From a bacterium (GTDB lineage: Bacteria; Cyanobacteriota; Vampirovibrionia; Gastranaerophilales; Gastranaerophilaceae), in the NCBI GenBank assembly GCA_017542305.1, contig JAFXXK010000008.1:1-64000 (forward strand): DNA of 64,000 nucleotides, written 5' to 3'. The notes under the pieces were generated by a model. That model was not told where the DNA came from. It was given only the letters and a program-made list of their open reading frames with translations, and made no database searches. A program made the translations under genes and the position numbers. Position 1 is the first letter of the stretch, and every line of letters begins with the position of its first letter. Positions 1 through 9,119 of this stretch are shown here, in pieces.

Positions 1-3000
1 GGCATCAGCATCTGCATCGGCATCGGCGTCAGCATCAGCATCGGCGTCAGCATCAGCATCGGCATCAGCATCGGCATCAGCGTCGGCGTCAGCATCGGCA
101 TCGGCGTCAGCATCAGCATCAGCATCAGCGTCGGCGTCAGCATCGGCATCGGCGTCAGCATCGGCATCAGCATCGGCATCAGCATCGGCATCAGCGTCTG
201 CGTCAGCATCGGCATCGGCGTCAGCATCGGCATCGGCGTCAGCGTCAGCGTCGGCATCAGCATCCGCATCGGCATCGGCGTCAGCATCAGCATCAGCATC
301 GGCGTCAGCATCGGCGTCAGCGTCGGCATCAGCATCTGCATCTGCATCTGCGTCTGCGTCTGCATCTGCGTCTGCGTCTGCATCGCTATCGTCATCATCA
401 TCAGGAACTACGAGATTATCATCATCTTTCTCTGTTCCTTTATCGTCTTCATCTTCTACACCGTCGTAATCAGGATCATCACCCTGTCCGCTACCGCCAT
501 AATAATATATACGTCTGTCAGGATCTGCATCTATACCCTCTACATCGTCAGGTCTTACTGCAGATACTCTGATTGATACAGGTGCATCATTATCAGGGTC
601 GTTATCTTCATTCTTCGGATTTACGAGCGGTTTAGTTGCAGGATTTTCTACATAATAAGATTTGCCGTCTTCATCTCTGTGCGGTCCGTCGGTAACAAAT
701 TCATAACCGCCGATATATGCATGATCTGCTGCTATATTTACATCCTGTTCGTGAGCAGGTCTTCCCTGTCCCAAACCGTCAATTTTACCTTCTCTTACGA
801 CCAATGTGCCGTGAGGATGGTGATTTGTTTGTCCTACAGGTGCTAAATCCAATACTTTAATGTTTGCCTGATTAGGAACAATCGGTTTTGAGTAATCTCC
901 GTAATAATCACCAACAGGTTCATAAGTCGGAGTTTCACCGAGATGGTCAATAATCATATACTGCCCGCGGGTTACAAGATTAACTTTGTCGCTTGCAACT
1001 ACTTCACCGATGTGAGTATCCCCTGAAAATTCAGCATTTACACTTCCGTTTCTTGCAATAATTGAGCAAACCTCAGTATCACTTCTTTGGTTATCGACAT
1101 CCAAACCTTTAATATTGATGTCTCCGCTGTTTGTCAAAATATCAACACCGTATTTTGCATTAGGAGTGTATCCTAAAATGCCGGTGTCGTGTTTCGGGTC
1201 ATCAACATTGTAGTGATAAGCATCATTGAAATCTCCGGCAGTCTGAACGAAAGTCAATGCTTTGCCTGCTTCACCGATACCGCCGCTTGAAATCATTGAA
1301 ATACCTTTACCTTCAACGTTAGCTTTTGTATCGTCTATTGCTGCATTTAAAATCTTATAAGGTTTTTCAGCTTTCTTTTCGGAATCAGCCAATAAAATAA
1401 CTCTGCCATCAGCTTTAATTCTGTTAACTTTCATATCAGAATTTAATGCTGCCATATTGATAACTAAATCTTCCGATTTGTTAACCTGAGTTGTATCAGC
1501 GGTATAAACACCATCAACATTAGCATTAATTGAAAGTTTTAAGTCTCTTGCATCACGGCCGATACCGGTACAAACACCACCGGCACAAGGTCCGATTTCT
1601 TTACCGATATTACCGTCTTTAACGTGAATATTTAAGTCGCCATTTTTCGATCTGATTAATGTTTTTGCAACACCGGCATTATATAGATTACCGTTGTCGA
1701 TATCTATATTAACATCTCTGCCTGTTGAATATACATAATTTTCTTTATTTGGATTATTAACGTTACCGATGATAACATCAGAATCTTTATTAACGATGTC
1801 AACACCTTTAGACTGAACATCTCCTTTTATGATTATGCCGCCGGCACCTGTATTAGAGATTAATGTTCTGTTTTCACCTAAAGTTTTACCGTTAATTTTT
1901 ATACCATCTTTACCGGTATTTAAAATTTTAATTCTTTGTTCGTTGTTATCAGAAGTTCCACCCTGGGTTACACGACCGTTGACAGTAATACCTTTTTCGC
2001 CGGCATTATCTAATGTAACTGAACCGTTTGTTACACTTTGAATAGTAGCATCTTCACCGCTGTATCCGTTTAAATCACCCAGATATATTCCGCCGCCGTT
2101 ATTAGCGTTTTTAACGAGAATGTTACCGCTGTAATCAATAATATGAGAGTTATTAACTCCGGTTGACGGATCTGAATCATTTTCCGTAATGTTTACACCG
2201 CCGTTTGAAGTTCCCTGGTTATCTATTGTGATATCACCCTGTCGGTTAGAAACTGTTGTTCCCATAATATCAATCTTACCGCTCTGTTTATTTATCATAT
2301 TGATATTTCCCTGACCTTCATTCTCAATCAGTGAAATGTCATAAACCATTCCGGTATTTGCCGTAATATTAATATCTCCATTTTTGTTGCCTACATAACT
2401 GTCATGCATACTTACATCTTTGTCATTATTAGTGATATTAATATTACCGTTTATATTTTTAATTTGACCGCTGTTATATGTAATTCTTCCTGCATCATTC
2501 AGGATATTTACGTTGCCGTCAATATTTTCAATCCAAGCAGTAGTTCCTTTTACTCCGTTAGAACCCTTATTAACTAATGTAATATCGCCCTGAGCGAAGT
2601 TTTTAAGCATTGTATGTGAGTAATTTCCGGGAGTACCGTTTGAAACCATTGAAATACCGCCGTTTTGATTATAAGAGCGGATTGTAATTGAGCCGTTGTC
2701 ACTTTTAATAGCTGCACCATCTTTAACGTGAGTATTTACCAAGCTGTTGAATAATACTGCTGCTCTGTCATAAGATGCCTGAGTGAAATCTTCCTGATTG
2801 TAGAAATGTCTCATCGGTAAACCAAGGTCATTAGTTGTTGCACCTTCATCATTCGGTTTTACTTTATATGCGTTTTTAGGGCTGAAGATTTCATCGCTGT
2901 TTACACCTGTTAAAATATGAGCGCCGTCAAGATTTACATCACCGGCATCAACATACACATCATTTCTTGCAAGTACGTTACCGTTAATTGTTACATTACC

Positions 3001-3576
3001 GCCGCCCATACTGCCTAATGTAGAATTATATTCCGATGTTCCCGGATGAGCCAATATCGGAGCATGCTTGTCCGGAGAACCAACAAATTCGTTAAATTTA
3101 TCCTGAGTAGGAGTAACAACCGTTAAAGAACCGACGTTTAATAAACCGCTTGCACCAACGACCATGCCGTTAGGTGAAACAAATATAGCATTACCGTTAT
3201 AGAAATTACCGTCTTTCATGGTATTAACAATACCGTTAATATTGATACGGTTATTGACGAAGTTTACAAAATTCTTTATGTCATGAGTTCCGACATGACC
3301 GTCTTTTGTTCCGTACCATTGGTATATAAGGTTTGCTATATCACCTTTATCAAGATTGAAGTTATCATATCTCCTGTAACCTGTGTCCTTATTAAATGCT
3401 TGTGGTGCCAGATTATATATTCTTGTATTATCCGTATTGTGGATTACGCTGTCTCCCGTTACACTTCCGGCTCCCGTTATTGATGATGCCATGACCGGCA
3501 ATAAAGATTGTTGTGCTATGAATGAAAATGACAACAATGATACGATTACTCTTTTTCTTGATGAAAGATTTAACAT
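1..3576 (-). CDS. Large secreted repetitive protein, parallel beta-helix or adhesin-like. The 5' end is complete; the 3' end runs off the window. The C-terminus is an (Asp-Ala)n low-complexity tract.
   Basis: A minus-strand ATG at 3576-3574 opens a reading frame with no stop down to position 1. It is missing from the ORF track because it has no in-window stop. The N-terminus MLNLSSRKRVIVSLLSFSFIAQQSLLPVMASS looks like a signal peptide. A hand translation of 2401-2460 gives KNINGNINITNNDKDVSMHD, which is Asn/Gly/Thr-rich and beta-helix-like. Positions 1-360 are tandem GCATCR/GCGTCR hexamers that encode ...DADADADA... on the minus strand. Confidence 0.6.
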   Translation of the reverse strand, partial: MLNLSSRKRVIVSLLSFSFIAQQSLLPVMASSITGAGSVTGDSVIHNTDNTRIYNLAPQAFNKDTGYRRYDNFNLDKGDIANLIYQWYGTKDGHVGTHDIKNFVNFVNNRININGIVNTMKDGNFYNGNAIFVSPNGMVVGASGLLNVGSLTVVTPTQDKFNEFVGSPDKHAPILAHPGTSEYNSTLGSMGGGNVTINGNVLARNDVYVDAGDVNLDGAHILTGVNSDEIFSPKNAYKVKPNDEGATTNDLGLPMRHFYNQEDFTQASYDRAAVLFNSLVNTHVKDGAAIKSDNGSITIRSYNQNGGISMVSNGTPGNYSHTMLKNFAQGDITLVNKGSNGVKGTTAWIENIDGNVNILNDAGRITYNSGQIKNINGNINITNNDKDVSMHDSYVGNKNGDINITANTGMVYDISLIENEGQGNINMINKQSGKIDIMGTTVSNRQGDITIDNQGTSNGGVNITENDSDPSTGVNNSHIIDYSGNILVKNANNGGGIYLGDLNGYSGEDATIQSVTNGSVTLDNAGEKGITVNGRVTQGGTSDNNEQRIKILNTGKDGIKINGKTLGENRTLISNTGAGGIIIKGDVQSKGVDIVNKDSDVIIGNVNNPNKENYVYSTGRDVNIDIDNGNLYNAGVAKTLIRSKNGDLNIHVKDGNIGKEIGPCAGGVCTGIGRDARDLKLSINANVDGVYTADTTQVNKSEDLVINMAALNSDMKVNRIKADGRVILLADSEKKAEKPYKILNAAIDDTKANVEGKGISMISSGGIGEAGKALTFVQTAGDFNDAYHYNVDDPKHDTGILGYTPNAKYGVDILTNSGDINIKGLDVDNQRSDTEVCSIIARNGSVNAEFSGDTHIGEVVASDKVNLVTRGQYMIIDHLGETPTYEPVGDYYGDYSKPIVPNQANIKVLDLAPVGQTNHHPHGTLVVREGKIDGLGQGRPAHEQDVNIAADHAYIGGYEFVTDGPHRDEDGKSYYVENPATKPLVNPKNEDNDPDNDAPVSIRVSAVRPDDVEGIDADPDRRIYYYGGSGQGDDPDYDGVEDEDDKGTEKDDDNLVVPDDDDDSDADADADADADADADADADADADADADADADADADADADADADADADADADADADADADADADADADADADADADADADADADADADADADADADADADADADADADADADADADADADADADADADA

Positions 3577-3830
3577 ATTTCTTCCTTTCGATTCTTCTTT
3601 TGGTTGCTATATATTTTGTTTCAGATTATTATTCGGCTTATATATCCGGTTATTTTTCATATCCTTTCTGGAAAATTGTATCATCCACATAAAAGGATTG
3701 CCATAAGATATATATTGAATATTAATTTTTGTTTACATGTATTAAAATCGTGAAGAAAAATTTTTGCTATTTGTGTAAAATTTTTTATAAAAAAAAGAAT
3801 TTTATTTACAAAAGTTCACATACATTATGC

Positions 3831-3880
3831 AAAATAAAAGAGGCGTATTTTATTGATATCCGATAGTTACGCCTCTTTAT
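3831..3880 (-). terminator. Rho-independent terminator downstream of the flippase gene
   Basis: The hairpin aaagaggcgta...tacgcctcttt is flanked by an A/T run, with a U-run on the minus strand. Confidence 0.5.
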
Positions 3881-3892
3881 TTATTATTAAAC

Positions 3893-5359
3893 TTATGCAT
3901 TTTTAGGTTTTACAAATATTTTTTTTACAATCAAGTAGAAACTATAATATGCAATTAATAATGTTACCATTTGTACCCAGGAATGAGAGAACACTCCGCA
4001 TCCGATATTAATAATTTTGTATACTGCATATGATGGTAAAAATGCCAATGCTATAACCAACAAATGTCTTCCGGGAATTATTAATCCTAAATTAGGTAAT
4101 CTTATTATTGAACTTAATATATAGAATATAAAGTTGGAAGTAAGCATGGCTATACCAACACCCTGTAAACCAAATTTTGGTACCAAATATAATGTCAATA
4201 ATACATTTGAAATGCCCGACAATAGCTTAATTATAAATGTAATCCATGTTTTATTTGCCAAATGATATTGCAATGTCGTATAGTCGGTCAAAGCCAAAAA
4301 CATTGTTCCGAAAACAAAATAAGGTACTAATATGGAAGCATTCATAAATTTTGTATTAGTATTTAACAATATCAAAACATCTTGCGGATATAATGCCATG
4401 ACAGTTACAATAGGCAAGGCTGCTACCAAAAAATATCCGGTAAATCTGCCGACAATTGGTCTTACGTCAATTTTTGCCTCATACATTCTGTATATACGTG
4501 GAATTGCTGCAACCGTAAATATTGAAAATATAGTCATCAAAATTGACATGGTGGCGCCATAAGCAACCCCAACAAATGCAACATCGGTAAAACCTTTTAT
4601 ACTGTTCATTACTACTTTGTTGCTGTGATTAATAATCCAACCGCTTAAAGATGATGCGGATAACGGAATCCCATATAATATAATTGGGAATAATACACCC
4701 CATGATAATTTTGGTTTTTTAAAGAACTTAAATATATTACTTTGAACCATTAAAATCAAATCCGTAAAGGAAATTGAAATACCCATAGCCAAAAGCAGAG
4801 ACATTGCTCCAAAATGAAATTTTGTTATGAATAATATAGACAAACCGATAGTCAGGAACTGATTAAATATTGTAGAACATGTATAAGCAATAGGTTTAAT
4901 CTGAGCTCTCAATAATTGGAACAGCAGCGCCCTTATAGCAACAGGAATAATCAAGAACAATACTGCCCAAAAATATATTGGTTTTACCTTAAAAAACTCA
5001 ATGGCATTACTTTGAAATATTGCACATAATGTAAACATTGTGCATATATTAACAGTCAATATAACTATTAATGTAGATAAGTATTCTGATAAGTCATCCG
5101 CTAACTGTGCTTTTCTGAAGAATCTTAGTCCTGAAAGACCAACCCAATCAGAAAAGATAATACACAAGAATGATAAGAATGCTATTGACAAAGAATATAA
5201 ACCATATTGTTCCGGTAATAATAAATTAGTATATACCGGAATAACAATTGCATTTCCAATCATTCCTATTAACTTGGATGGTGAATATTTAAGCATATCC
5301 TTAAATATTCCCCGCAGTTGATTATCTTCTTCTTCCTGATTTTTTATATATTCAACCAT
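3893..5359 (-). CDS. Polysaccharide biosynthesis protein or oligosaccharide flippase, Wzx-like (MOP superfamily)
   Basis: The 488-aa product has 12 or more predicted TM helices. The N-terminus (LKYSPSKLIGMIGNAIVIPVYTNLL) is typical of the PST/Wzx family. The gene lies next to a putative glycosyltransferase. Confidence 0.5.
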   Translation of the reverse strand: MVEYIKNQEEEDNQLRGIFKDMLKYSPSKLIGMIGNAIVIPVYTNLLLPEQYGLYSLSIAFLSFLCIIFSDWVGLSGLRFFRKAQLADDLSEYLSTLIVILTVNICTMFTLCAIFQSNAIEFFKVKPIYFWAVLFLIIPVAIRALLFQLLRAQIKPIAYTCSTIFNQFLTIGLSILFITKFHFGAMSLLLAMGISISFTDLILMVQSNIFKFFKKPKLSWGVLFPIILYGIPLSASSLSGWIINHSNKVVMNSIKGFTDVAFVGVAYGATMSILMTIFSIFTVAAIPRIYRMYEAKIDVRPIVGRFTGYFLVAALPIVTVMALYPQDVLILLNTNTKFMNASILVPYFVFGTMFLALTDYTTLQYHLANKTWITFIIKLLSGISNVLLTLYLVPKFGLQGVGIAMLTSNFIFYILSSIIRLPNLGLIIPGRHLLVIALAFLPSYAVYKIINIGCGVFSHSWVQMVTLLIAYYSFYLIVKKIFVKPKNA

Positions 5360-5402
5360 TAATACTTCCTTTTTTTAGTTTGCTCTCTAATTTTTTATAA
5401 TA

Positions 5403-6134
5403 TTACACATTCCAATATTTATCAAGCCATTTAGTCGGTTTGACATATCTTAATCCGCCCTTTCCGCAAAAACCTTTGTATGCCTGTTCGGGTGTCGGGC
5501 GTCCGTGGAATACTATTATTTTGGCATCAACAGGATCTTTTGCCATTTTGAAGAAATTCAGGGGGAACGGCTGCAGGCAGTTGCGTTTAAAACTTACGCA
5601 CCAAGAGCTTTCCCAATATTTTAAAATTCCTTTTTTGTGCATAGCATAAGATAAATATGCCTGTTCGTTTTTGTATTCTTTCCTTATGTCATTCCCTAAT
5701 TTATAAAAATCAGTCAGTACATCCGGATATTTCCCGACTTCAAATCTAAATACTGAAGAATTCCCGATAATGTCATCAGGAAAATCCCAGTCTTTTACGA
5801 TTAAAAAATCGCCTTCGGCTTCAAAAAACGGGTCTAAACTCTGTCTTATTACAATATCCAAATCCAAAAACAACGCCGTACCTTTTAAATCGGCAAGCTG
5901 CTCATTGAATAAAGATAATTTTCTCCAACCTTTATCGCCGATTGCGGTGTTATCTTCATAAGGCGGAAGTTCTCTTACTTCAATTCCGTCAACTAAACCT
6001 TCGGCATTATCGGTAAAACACACAAAACGGTGAGGAATGCTGAGATTTTTTTCAACCATTTTATAAAGTCTGTTTACATACTCAGCGCCAAACTTTGTCC
6101 CCCACTTTATACATATAACATTTTTATCCATCAA
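5403..6134 (-). CDS. Putative glycosyltransferase (GT-A-like, DxD motif) or hypothetical protein
   Basis: The 243-aa soluble protein has an LDLDIV (DxD-like) motif after a beta-strand-like stretch and sits next to the Wzx-like gene. The family was not recognised with certainty. Confidence 0.3.
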   Translation of the reverse strand: MMDKNVICIKWGTKFGAEYVNRLYKMVEKNLSIPHRFVCFTDNAEGLVDGIEVRELPPYEDNTAIGDKGWRKLSLFNEQLADLKGTALFLDLDIVIRQSLDPFFEAEGDFLIVKDWDFPDDIIGNSSVFRFEVGKYPDVLTDFYKLGNDIRKEYKNEQAYLSYAMHKKGILKYWESSWCVSFKRNCLQPFPLNFFKMAKDPVDAKIIVFHGRPTPEQAYKGFCGKGGLRYVKPTKWLDKYWNV

Positions 6135-6244
6135 TGTTCCTCATATAACCTTAACTATTCTCTAATCATACCCAAAGGATATATGTAAATCAAGTTTTTA
6201 ACATAATCTTTGCTTAAATAGTTGTTTGTTGTAAAATCAGATAT

Positions 6245-7331
6245 ATGGAAACGGAATTAAAACAGTTAATAAATAATTTAAGACCACGGGTAAAAAGCAT
6301 AAAGGAGTGTCTTTGACTTTGACGGTTTGCCGGCAAAGCTTGCTAAATTAGAAGAAGAAATGCAGTCTCCCGATATTTGGTCAGATAAAGATAAAGTTTC
6401 AAAAATTGGCGGAGAGATAAAGGAAATAAAAGAAAACGTTGCCCGCTGCGAAAAGTGGACAACAGCAATTGATGATGCGGAAGTCTCATTAGATATTTCC
6501 GATACCGACTTGATATCGGAAAGTTTTGAAAATTTAAAAGCAGCCGAAAAAGAAATCGAAAGTTTTGAAGTTCAGTTGATGCTGAGCGGTGAATATGATG
6601 AAGCAGATGCCATTTTAACAATTAACGCGGGTGCGGGTGGTACTGATGCTCAAGACTGGGCAAGTTTACTTTTAAGAATGTATACCCGCTGGGCAGAAGG
6701 TCATAACTGGAAGGTCGATTTACTCGATAAATTAGACGGTGATGAAGCGGGTATAAAATCAGCTACAATAAAAGTTTCGGGGAAATTTGCTTTCGGATAC
6801 GCAAAAGCAGAAAGAGGGGTTCACAGATTAGTCAGGATTTCACCGTTTAACGCAAACGGTAAAAGACAAACAAGCTTTGCCTCCCTTGAAGTATCGCCTA
6901 TTATAGAAGATTACGAAAAAACAATAAGTATTCCTCCAGAGGATTTGGAAGTTGATACTATGCGTTCGGGCGGGGCAGGCGGACAGAATGTAAACAAAGT
7001 AGAAACAGCAGTCAGAATTTTACATAAACCGACAGGAATTGTCGTTAAGTGTCAGCAGGAGCGCTCCCAATTGCAGAATAAAGAAAATGCTATGCAAATT
7101 CTTGCATCAAAACTTCTTGCTATCCGTCAGGCAGAGCATGAAAAGAAACTTGCGGATCTTAAAGGGGAAGCCGTCGATATAAATTTTGGCTCACAAATCC
7201 GTTCATATGTATTTCACCCTTATAAAATGGTTAAAGATCACAGAACAAATTACGAAGTCGGGAATGTTGATGCCGTTATGGACGGCGACTTAGACGGATT
7301 TATTGAAGCTTATTTAAAATCTCAGGTGTAA
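6245..7331 (+). CDS. prfB: Peptide chain release factor 2, containing a programmed +1 ribosomal frameshift
   Basis: Frame 0 (ATG at 6245) reads [23 protein letters not shown] and then hits TGA at 6314-6316 inside CTT TGA C. The +1 frame continues [22 protein letters not shown]... through the RF2 hallmark regions (SPF-like GxxRISPF, and GGQ in [12 protein letters not shown]). The ORF track shows only the downstream frame, starting from TTG at 6327. Confidence 0.9.
6301..6317 (+). other. prfB autoregulatory +1 frameshift site: an SD-like AAGGAG, a 3-nt spacer, then CTT TGA C
   Basis: The sequence is aaaggagtgtCTTTGACtttgac. This is the canonical RF2 shift heptamer preceded by an internal Shine-Dalgarno. 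The heptamer CTTTGAC is tandemly duplicated at 6311-6323. Confidence 0.85.
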
Positions 7332-7994
7332 TTATAATATTTTCGGTATTTTAATATTAAATTCCGTATTCGTTTCATTTGAGCATATAAGTTCAATAGA
7401 ACCGTTCATAGCTTCAATGTTTTTCTTGCATAAATACAAACCTACACCGGAGCCGGATGATTTTGTAGTGAATCCATCATTAAATATTTGTTCAATTTTA
7501 TCTTGCGGAACAGGTGTTCCGTCATTTGAAATTCTTATTGATAAGAAATCACTGTCAATGGCAGAAGTTATTTTTATTGTACCTTTGTTTACGATTGCCT
7601 CAACAGCATTTTTTAGAATATTTATTATACATCCCTGAAATTTGTTTTCATCAACTTCTATTTTAACATCGGGTGTTAATTTAGTGACAAAATCAATATT
7701 TTTATCTTTTGCATAGATTTTTGACATTTCAACACAGGCTTGTATCAGCTTATCGGAATCGCAGGTGTGAATAACAACATCGCCCATTGATTTTAAATCT
7801 AAGAGGTTATTTCCGATGAGTTTTACGGCATTTTGTATACAATTTATTGCATTATCAATTGAGGGGTTTTTAATATTTTCTTTTGCAAGATGTTTTTTTA
7901 ATATTTCGCTATAAATGTCGCAAATTGAAAGATTATTTCTGATTTCGTGACCTATATGGCGGATTTGTTCTTTTACCTGAATATCTGATTCCAC
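7332..7994 (-). CDS. Small cytoplasmic sensor histidine kinase (HisKA plus HATPase_c, no TM or sensor domain)
   Basis: The H-box is IGHEIRNNLSI. The G-box and ATP lid is GSGVGLYLCKKNIEAMNGSIEL. The protein is 220 aa. Confidence 0.75.
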   Translation of the reverse strand: MESDIQVKEQIRHIGHEIRNNLSICDIYSEILKKHLAKENIKNPSIDNAINCIQNAVKLIGNNLLDLKSMGDVVIHTCDSDKLIQACVEMSKIYAKDKNIDFVTKLTPDVKIEVDENKFQGCIINILKNAVEAIVNKGTIKITSAIDSDFLSIRISNDGTPVPQDKIEQIFNDGFTTKSSGSGVGLYLCKKNIEAMNGSIELICSNETNTEFNIKIPKIL

Positions 7995-8111
7995 GTTCGC
8001 TCCTTAACGATAGAGGTCGGACCCTGGAAGGTCAAACCTCTAAAAATTCTGTCGGATATTTCCGACCACTCTATCCCTATCTCGTGTATTAGTATATATT
8101 AGTATATGAAT

Positions 8112-8810
8112 TTATGCGGAGATTTTTGCACGAACCTTACGTCCGAAGCCGTTGTTCAATGCGTACAGAACTGCTTGTGTTCTGTCATTTACCTGTAATT
8201 TTTGAAAGATATTGTTTACATGTGTTTTTACAGTAGTTTCAGATATAAACAGTTTTCCTGCAATACCCTTGTAGTTATTGCCCTGGGTTAATAATTCCAA
8301 TACTTCTTCTTCTCTTGAAGTCAAATAAGTAAGCAGATTTTCTTCTGATGAGGAGGCACTTTCAGCTTTGAATGACTGTTGGAAATAATCGAAAAATCTT
8401 GAAGAAAGTGCTGCCGGTAAATAGAATTTGCCTGCAAGAATTTCGTCAATAGCATAAACAAGTTGTGCTGATGACATAGTTTTTAATATGTAACCTCTTG
8501 CACCCAACTTCATAGCCCTAAAAATTAGATCAGAATCATCATATCCGCTTAAAACAAGAACTTTTGTCCCCAATTCAAGTTTTTCAATTTCCTGAATTGC
8601 CTGTAAGCCATCCTTTTCCGGAAGATTAATATCCATAATAACTACTTCCGGGTGGTATTTCTTTACAAGATTGATACCGATATTTGCACTGGTTGTTGTG
8701 CCAACGATGTCATAATTTGTTTCCAAAGAGATTAACTCTTTAATTCCCCTTAAATGTTCAGCGTTGTCATCCACCAACAGGATTCTTGCCTTCTTCTTAA
8801 ACTCTCTCAT
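8112..8810 (-). CDS. Response regulator, NarL/FixJ family (REC domain plus LuxR-type HTH)
   Basis: The N-terminal REC domain reads ARILLVDDNAEHLRG...VIMDINLPEKDG. The C-terminal LuxR HTH reads LTSREEEVLELLTQGNNYKGIAGKLFISETTVKTHVNNIFQKL. The gene lies directly upstream of the histidine kinase on the same strand. Confidence 0.8.
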   Translation of the reverse strand: MREFKKKARILLVDDNAEHLRGIKELISLETNYDIVGTTTSANIGINLVKKYHPEVVIMDINLPEKDGLQAIQEIEKLELGTKVLVLSGYDDSDLIFRAMKLGARGYILKTMSSAQLVYAIDEILAGKFYLPAALSSRFFDYFQQSFKAESASSSEENLLTYLTSREEEVLELLTQGNNYKGIAGKLFISETTVKTHVNNIFQKLQVNDRTQAVLYALNNGFGRKVRAKISA

Positions 8811-9119
8811 AAATTCCCCTTTATTTGTCTTAAACTTGTTTTCTGTTTTCTACACTTTCTATACTAATGTTTTGAGGGGATATTTACATCCATGCCCCGA
8901 TTGATGTTGGAGCATGAAAAGCATGAAATATTGATGTAAATCTTTAGATTGAGAAAATCCCTAAATCCATGGCTACATCATGCTTTTGGGCATGGTTGAT
9001 TTTTGAGATTGATTTTTATGCAAATAATTCATTTAATTTAAAAATTGCAAAAAAATACAAGATTTTGTGTAGTTCGTTTGTTATATGATATAATACATAT
9101 AGACTACAGGAGAATGATT

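Noticed and set aside
1-360. A perfect-looking tandem hexanucleotide array that could be taken for a CRISPR array or satellite
   Set aside because: There are no spacers; every unit is the same 6-nt motif family. The array is in frame with, and contiguous to, the upstream minus-strand coding sequence, where it encodes (Asp-Ala)n.
1829-3706. Plus-strand ORFs 1829-2041, 3283-3483 and 3383-3706 from the ORF track
   Set aside because: They lie antisense within, or across the start of, the long uninterrupted minus-strand frame. Their composition is low-complexity and their starts have no SD.
6343-6621. Minus-strand 92-aa ORF inside prfB
   Set aside because: It is antisense to the strongly supported prfB frame.
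9045-9119. Upstream extension of rmuC starting at TTG 9045
   Set aside because: An AGGAGA SD is correctly spaced for ATG 9120. The extension encodes a non-conserved hydrophobic leader before the RmuC TM helix.
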